DNA of 32,000 bases from Candidatus Midichloria mitochondrii IricVA (GTDB taxonomy: Bacteria > Pseudomonadota > Alphaproteobacteria > Rickettsiales > Midichloriaceae): NCBI RefSeq assembly GCF_000219355.1, contig NC_015722.1, positions 150,001-182,000 of the forward strand. Reading direction: 5' to 3'. The stretch's first letter is position 1. Each line of letters begins with the position of its first letter. Of this stretch, positions 28,238 to 32,000 are shown in pieces. The notes beneath the pieces are model-generated. The model was not told the DNA's origin. It saw only the letters and a list, made by a program, of their open reading frames with translations, and ran no database searches. The position numbers and the translations under genes were made by a program.

Positions 28238-29383
28238 TTAGATAAATTGTCTGTAAATAATTCTATCGCTAGTTTTACTTTTTTCTTCAATGATGTTGGC
28301 ATGGTAATGCTCAAAGAAACGCACGAACTTATCTGTAATGTTGTACTGATGCGCGCTCAAGAGTTTTTTTATCGCTTTCAAGTCTCTATTAATGACCACT
28401 GCATACATGGATAAGATAATGCTTACTTCTAAACCATTGCTAGCGCCAATAATCTTACTAACAGTTTTTGCGGGGTTTTCATAAGTGCCGATTAGTAGAA
28501 TAGCTGGCTTAAACAGGATATGAGAATACTTACTCCAACTCTTCCCTATAAATTTGACTGCTGCTTCATAATCAGTAATTTTAATTAGCAACAGCGCATA
28601 TAGATAGATTGCAGGTTCCAGAGGGGATTTTATTTTTTCTATCAGCACTGTCGCTTCCTTTAACGCCTCAAAAGAAATTTTTGATAGATAAATTTCCTCA
28701 GCAATTTTGTAGTTACATATGTCGATTAAGTGATCTTTAGCAAAATCGTTAAATTCGCTTTGTTGCAAGAACTCTAATAAGTTACTCCACCTTCTTTCTC
28801 CAAAATAAGCCTTAACGCTGGTTAAAAATAACCATTTTGGGGGAATGGAAGTAGGAAGAGTTTTTAAATGCTCTAAAGCTTTTTGGTATTTACCGTGGCT
28901 TATCTCTTCTTCTACTAATTTCATTAAAGATAAATTCGCAGTTTCTGGATAATGAAGCATATCCTCAATAGATTCTTTTATACTGCTATGATTTATAAGA
29001 TTTCTTTGATAATTAAGCCACGACTTAAAATACTCGGGTATATCTGCCGACATTAAGAAAGACAACGCTTTATTAGCTTTACTAGCATCATGTTGGTTAG
29101 CTGCAATAATAAAATCCTTTAAGCTGTCAAATTTACTTTCATTTACTTTTCTTTGATAATTGCGTTTTATGATCAAAGGTAAGGTAATTATGCTATATGT
29201 TGATCTCATTATAATATAGAGAAGCGCCATAATAAGCGCTGAAGCGAGCCCAAATAAAAAAAGCGTAGTTTTAATTTTTTTATTGTCCACCTCAAATGCT
29301 ACTATAGGGCTGCTCTCATTTAAAAATAATACTATCCCAAGAAGTAATAAAGTAATTAATAATAATTTTAGTAACTTAAGCAT
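28238..29383 (-). CDS. HemY_N-domain membrane protein (HemY-like, TPR-like C-terminal part)
   Basis: 381-aa ORF with two N-terminal TM segments flanking a short loop (LLITLLLLGIVLF ... TTLFLFGLASALIMALLYIIM). A basic stretch and helical repeats follow. This is the alphaproteobacterial HemY-like layout, assigned by architecture rather than strong motif identity. Confidence 0.65.
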   Translation of the reverse strand: MLKLLKLLLITLLLLGIVLFLNESSPIVAFEVDNKKIKTTLFLFGLASALIMALLYIIMRSTYSIITLPLIIKRNYQRKVNESKFDSLKDFIIAANQHDASKANKALSFLMSADIPEYFKSWLNYQRNLINHSSIKESIEDMLHYPETANLSLMKLVEEEISHGKYQKALEHLKTLPTSIPPKWLFLTSVKAYFGERRWSNLLEFLQQSEFNDFAKDHLIDICNYKIAEEIYLSKISFEALKEATVLIEKIKSPLEPAIYLYALLLIKITDYEAAVKFIGKSWSKYSHILFKPAILLIGTYENPAKTVSKIIGASNGLEVSIILSMYAVVINRDLKAIKKLLSAHQYNITDKFVRFFEHYHANIIEEKSKTSDRIIYRQFI

Positions 29384-29645
29384 TCTCTAAAACTTGGATC
29401 ATGAGCTGATGAAGTAAGAAATTAACGTTATTTTTGAGTTGTAACGGAATTTCTATTTCTTTTAAGGCCATATACCTACCGGATAATTTTTTAATGATGT
29501 CTAAGGCATGCGCTGTATCGTTATGCTCTAAGGAATGTAATACAAAGAGTAAAGTATCCCTATCTTCATTTTTTTCGATATTTTCTACTTTCACAAATTT
29601 GTCTAAGACTTGATCTACAGCAGATAGATTGTGGTTTTTTATCAT
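29376..29645 (-). CDS. Hypothetical protein; possible C-terminal (mitofilin-signature-like) part of a Mic60-like protein
   Basis: 89-aa ORF. LHSLEHNDTAHALDIIKKLSGR...LLHQLMIQVL loosely follows the L..GD...A...L..L.G pattern of the mitofilin C-terminus. It lies immediately upstream of, and overlaps by 8 nt, the HemY-like gene. Confidence 0.4.
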   Translation of the reverse strand: MIKNHNLSAVDQVLDKFVKVENIEKNEDRDTLLFVLHSLEHNDTAHALDIIKKLSGRYMALKEIEIPLQLKNNVNFLLHQLMIQVLENA

Positions 29646-29665
29646 GGAGCTATTTTTTGTGTATA

Positions 29666-30106
29666 TTAAATCTGTAATTGCAGAAATAAAAAAGAATTTG
29701 CTGGTATATTAGTGTTGTATATACTCTTTAGCTCATTAGCGATAATTGCTAGGTCAGCAACAGCAAATTGATTTATTAAATTGATTTCGTTACTGATGTC
29801 ATTTCCATTTTTTAGTTTTATGATCGCCATATGAATTGCCTGTACCATAGAGAATTTATAGGCTTTCTTTTTTAATTCGTCATCAATGACGTTAGAAGAG
29901 TTCAAGGTATTAATGGTCTTGTTAAGCTCTTTATATGCAAGATATAATCTTTCTTCTAGAGTGGTTATATTACAAGCGCTGTTGTTAAGTTCTTCCAGAG
30001 AATTTTCTAAATTTCTTATACTAATAGTTGCAATTAAAATGGCAACTAAAGAAGCAAGGACTATTGCTCCAGAGAAATAAAGCAGTCGGCTAAAGATCTT
30101 CACCAT
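29666..30106 (-). CDS. Hypothetical membrane-anchored coiled-coil protein; possible N-terminal part of a Mic60-like protein
   Basis: 146-aa ORF with one N-terminal TM (LLYFSGAIVLASLVAILIATI) followed by heptad-like helical sequence. It ends 20 nt before the next ORF, which is in the -1 frame. Confidence 0.45.
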   Translation of the reverse strand: MVKIFSRLLYFSGAIVLASLVAILIATISIRNLENSLEELNNSACNITTLEERLYLAYKELNKTINTLNSSNVIDDELKKKAYKFSMVQAIHMAIIKLKNGNDISNEINLINQFAVADLAIIANELKSIYNTNIPANSFLFLQLQI

Positions 30107-30150
30107 ACAATTTAAGCAAGATAAGTAAAACTTATAAAAGTTTTAACAAA

Positions 30151-31431
30151 CTAGTAAACTTTTGGCAAGCTTACATTACTTAATATGGTGACTTTAAATT
30201 TAATTTTATTCCCAGGCCACCCAAGTAGTGGGCATGCGATCACTGTATTGTTTTTTATCATTACCGGTAAAACCCACTTTAATTTGTTGTGCTCTAAAGT
30301 TATCGAATTATCTAACTTGTTTTTTAAAAATGGCAGGTGAGTTTTGGTTAGAGCCTCGACTCTTAGCTCTTCATCCAAATCGTTATCCAATTCTATAACA
30401 AAGCGAGCATCCCAAATTATTCGTTGCACACCTTTATTTATCACCATGCTCTTTATTGCATTTTTTTCTCGAATAAATATTAATTTATAAGGTTGTTTTA
30501 CTTTTAGTATTTCGCAGCCATGAAGCGTAGCATCCGACCATTTTTCAAAATGCCTGATTTTATTTAATAAATTTTCTAGATTATTAAGTCTAATACTATA
30601 CTGATTATTTAAGCTCCTCAAAATACACGATAAAACTCGAAGCTGTATTTCTTCATGCATAGTAAGAAATTTTTGTATATCTAATTTAATATAGCCGAGG
30701 TCCTTTACAGTTACTACTTCATAAAATGCTGCTAGAGTCATTTTTTCTAGGTAATCTCTAGTTCTCAGGGCACTTTTAGCTAATAAGTTCAACTTATCAA
30801 CTGTTAACAAACAGTTATTGCTGTTTAACAGCTCTCTTACTCTGGACCTAATAAATTTAGGATCAAGATTTGAAGGATCATTAACCCATGGCCAATTATA
30901 TCGTTTAAGTGTTTCTTCTATTTCATCTCTTGTATAGTCCAACAAAGGCCTTATCACCGTTATATTTTCTCTAACCTTGTGACTCGACATTCGGGCTAAT
31001 CCATCAATACCTGTACCCCTTCCCAGCCTAATTAGCACATTTTCTGCTTGATCGTTTTTATTGTGAGCTAAAGCCAAATGTTGTATATCGTTTCTGATGC
31101 AGTATTCAATTAATAATCTATATCTTGCATCACGAGCTTTTTGATGAATATTACTGATACTCAGTTTTTCATCGTAATCTAACCATTTTAAGATTATTAC
31201 TTCAATATCTTGGTGGTTAAGAAAAGCTTTGGTTTCTATTGCCTCTGCAGTTGAATCTGTCCTTAATCCATGATCTACTATTAAGCAAGTTACAGCAAAG
31301 CCCAAAGTATGCATCATAAGTGTCATACACATGCTGTCTGCGCCTCCAGAGACTGCTAGAGCTATTTTTTGAGTTCTATCTAGGCCGAAATTAACTTGTA
31401 GTGTTTCTGCAAATTCTTTAATGTTAATCAA
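30151..31431 (-). CDS. tilS: tRNA(Ile)-lysidine synthetase
   Basis: 426-aa ORF with PP-loop ALAVSGGADSMCM and the LALAHNKNDQAENVLIRLGRG motif of TilS. Confidence 0.9.
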   Translation of the reverse strand: MINIKEFAETLQVNFGLDRTQKIALAVSGGADSMCMTLMMHTLGFAVTCLIVDHGLRTDSTAEAIETKAFLNHQDIEVIILKWLDYDEKLSISNIHQKARDARYRLLIEYCIRNDIQHLALAHNKNDQAENVLIRLGRGTGIDGLARMSSHKVRENITVIRPLLDYTRDEIEETLKRYNWPWVNDPSNLDPKFIRSRVRELLNSNNCLLTVDKLNLLAKSALRTRDYLEKMTLAAFYEVVTVKDLGYIKLDIQKFLTMHEEIQLRVLSCILRSLNNQYSIRLNNLENLLNKIRHFEKWSDATLHGCEILKVKQPYKLIFIREKNAIKSMVINKGVQRIIWDARFVIELDNDLDEELRVEALTKTHLPFLKNKLDNSITLEHNKLKWVLPVMIKNNTVIACPLLGWPGNKIKFKVTILSNVSLPKVY

Positions 31432-31563
31432 AGCAATAATTAGAGATTGTTATTATATCGGTACTTATATCAATTATAAAATCACAAATAAACTGTTTTA
31501 TAATTAGCTAAACTTCTATAATTATGCTAGTTTTTAACTGCAAGTGAAATTCTCAAAGTATAT

Positions 31564-32000
31564 ATGAAAAGCGAAATAATAGTAGTAGGATACGGACCCA
31601 CAGCAATGACTACATCTGCTATACTTGGGCGACAAGGTATTGCGACTACTATAGTTAATCCCTTTCCAGTTTATCAAAAAATGCCATCTGCAACGAGATT
31701 GCTAGCATTATCGCTCTCTTCTGTTGAGCTTTTTAAAGAGCATGGATTAGTTAAAAATATTAAATCAATTGGTCAACCGATAAAAAAAATCCATGTTTCA
31801 CAATATAAAAAAAGTGGTTTACTTGAGTTTGATCCTACGGATATTCATAAAGAAAATTTTGGTTATATGGTTGATGAAGAAGAGTTATGGAAATCGCTAT
31901 ATTCTGAGGTAAAGGATACCAGTACCATAGATGAGGTTCACAGCAACATAGAAACAATTGACTACCAAAACAATAAAATAGTTTTAAAGCTTTCCAATGG
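31564..32000 (+). CDS. UbiH/UbiF/Coq6-family FAD-dependent hydroxylase, 5' partial (runs off window)
   Basis: Not in the ORF track. ATG 31564 opens a stop-free frame to the window end. MKSEIIVVGYGPTAMTTSAILGRQGIATTIV is a degenerate Rossmann dinucleotide fold, and LALSLSSVELFKEHGL resembles UbiH-family proteins. Confidence 0.7.
   Translation, partial: MKSEIIVVGYGPTAMTTSAILGRQGIATTIVNPFPVYQKMPSATRLLALSLSSVELFKEHGLVKNIKSIGQPIKKIHVSQYKKSGLLEFDPTDIHKENFGYMVDEEELWKSLYSEVKDTSTIDEVHSNIETIDYQNNKIVLKLSN

Noticed and set aside
28114-28314. 66-aa minus-strand ORF overlapping the 3' end of the HemY-like gene, considered as a frameshifted C-terminal continuation.
   Set aside because: I found no recognisable continuity of TPR-like sequence and no homopolymer at a plausible junction. 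It is most likely a chance ORF in the convergent spacer.

Overview
AT-rich (roughly mid-30s %GC by eye), gene-dense chromosomal segment. It looks like an obligately intracellular alphaproteobacterium of Rickettsiales/Holosporales type. That placement rests on an ATP/ADP translocase (tlc), an alphaproteobacterial-type AddA helicase, and a HemY_N gene preceded by a Mic60-like gene. I cannot name the organism from sequence alone. Most of the window is ordinary housekeeping: yraN, tlc, rnj, mreB, hemW, erpA, tRNA-Leu(GAG), ispE, rho, gmk, gshB, queC, greA, tRNA-Arg(CCG), ampG, pepA, ubiG, miaA, addA-like, yqgE/algH, hemF, rplY, alr, mlaE, mlaF, a hemY-like gene, tilS and a partial ubiH-family gene. 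Genes are tightly packed, with a rho/ispE TAATG overlap and miaA/addA and pepA/ubiG overlaps. The non-routine content is: (1) two decayed IS1-family copies (~814 bp, with imperfect terminal inverted repeats) in inverted orientation at 6608-7421 and 21397-22208, bracketing ~14 kb of core genes. (2) A ~1.3 kb low-coding-density islet (20104-21396) holding a perfect 30-bp palindrome, an untracked 58-codon signal-peptide mini-ORF, and a TrpR/YerC-family regulator broken by a 1-nt frameshift in an A5 run. (3) A Mic60-like gene split into two ORFs whose frames are bridged by a T_TTT_TTA -1 slippery heptamer. (4) A 5'-truncated, multiply frameshifted trmFO relic. (5) A Rho ORF with a long low-complexity N-terminal extension. 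(6) An AddA-type helicase with no room for a nuclease domain. No CRISPR array, rRNA, prophage or recognisable defence, toxin or secretion cluster was seen. The overall picture is reductive genome evolution rather than a clear novel multi-gene system. Both homopolymer-linked frameshifts could also be sequencing errors.
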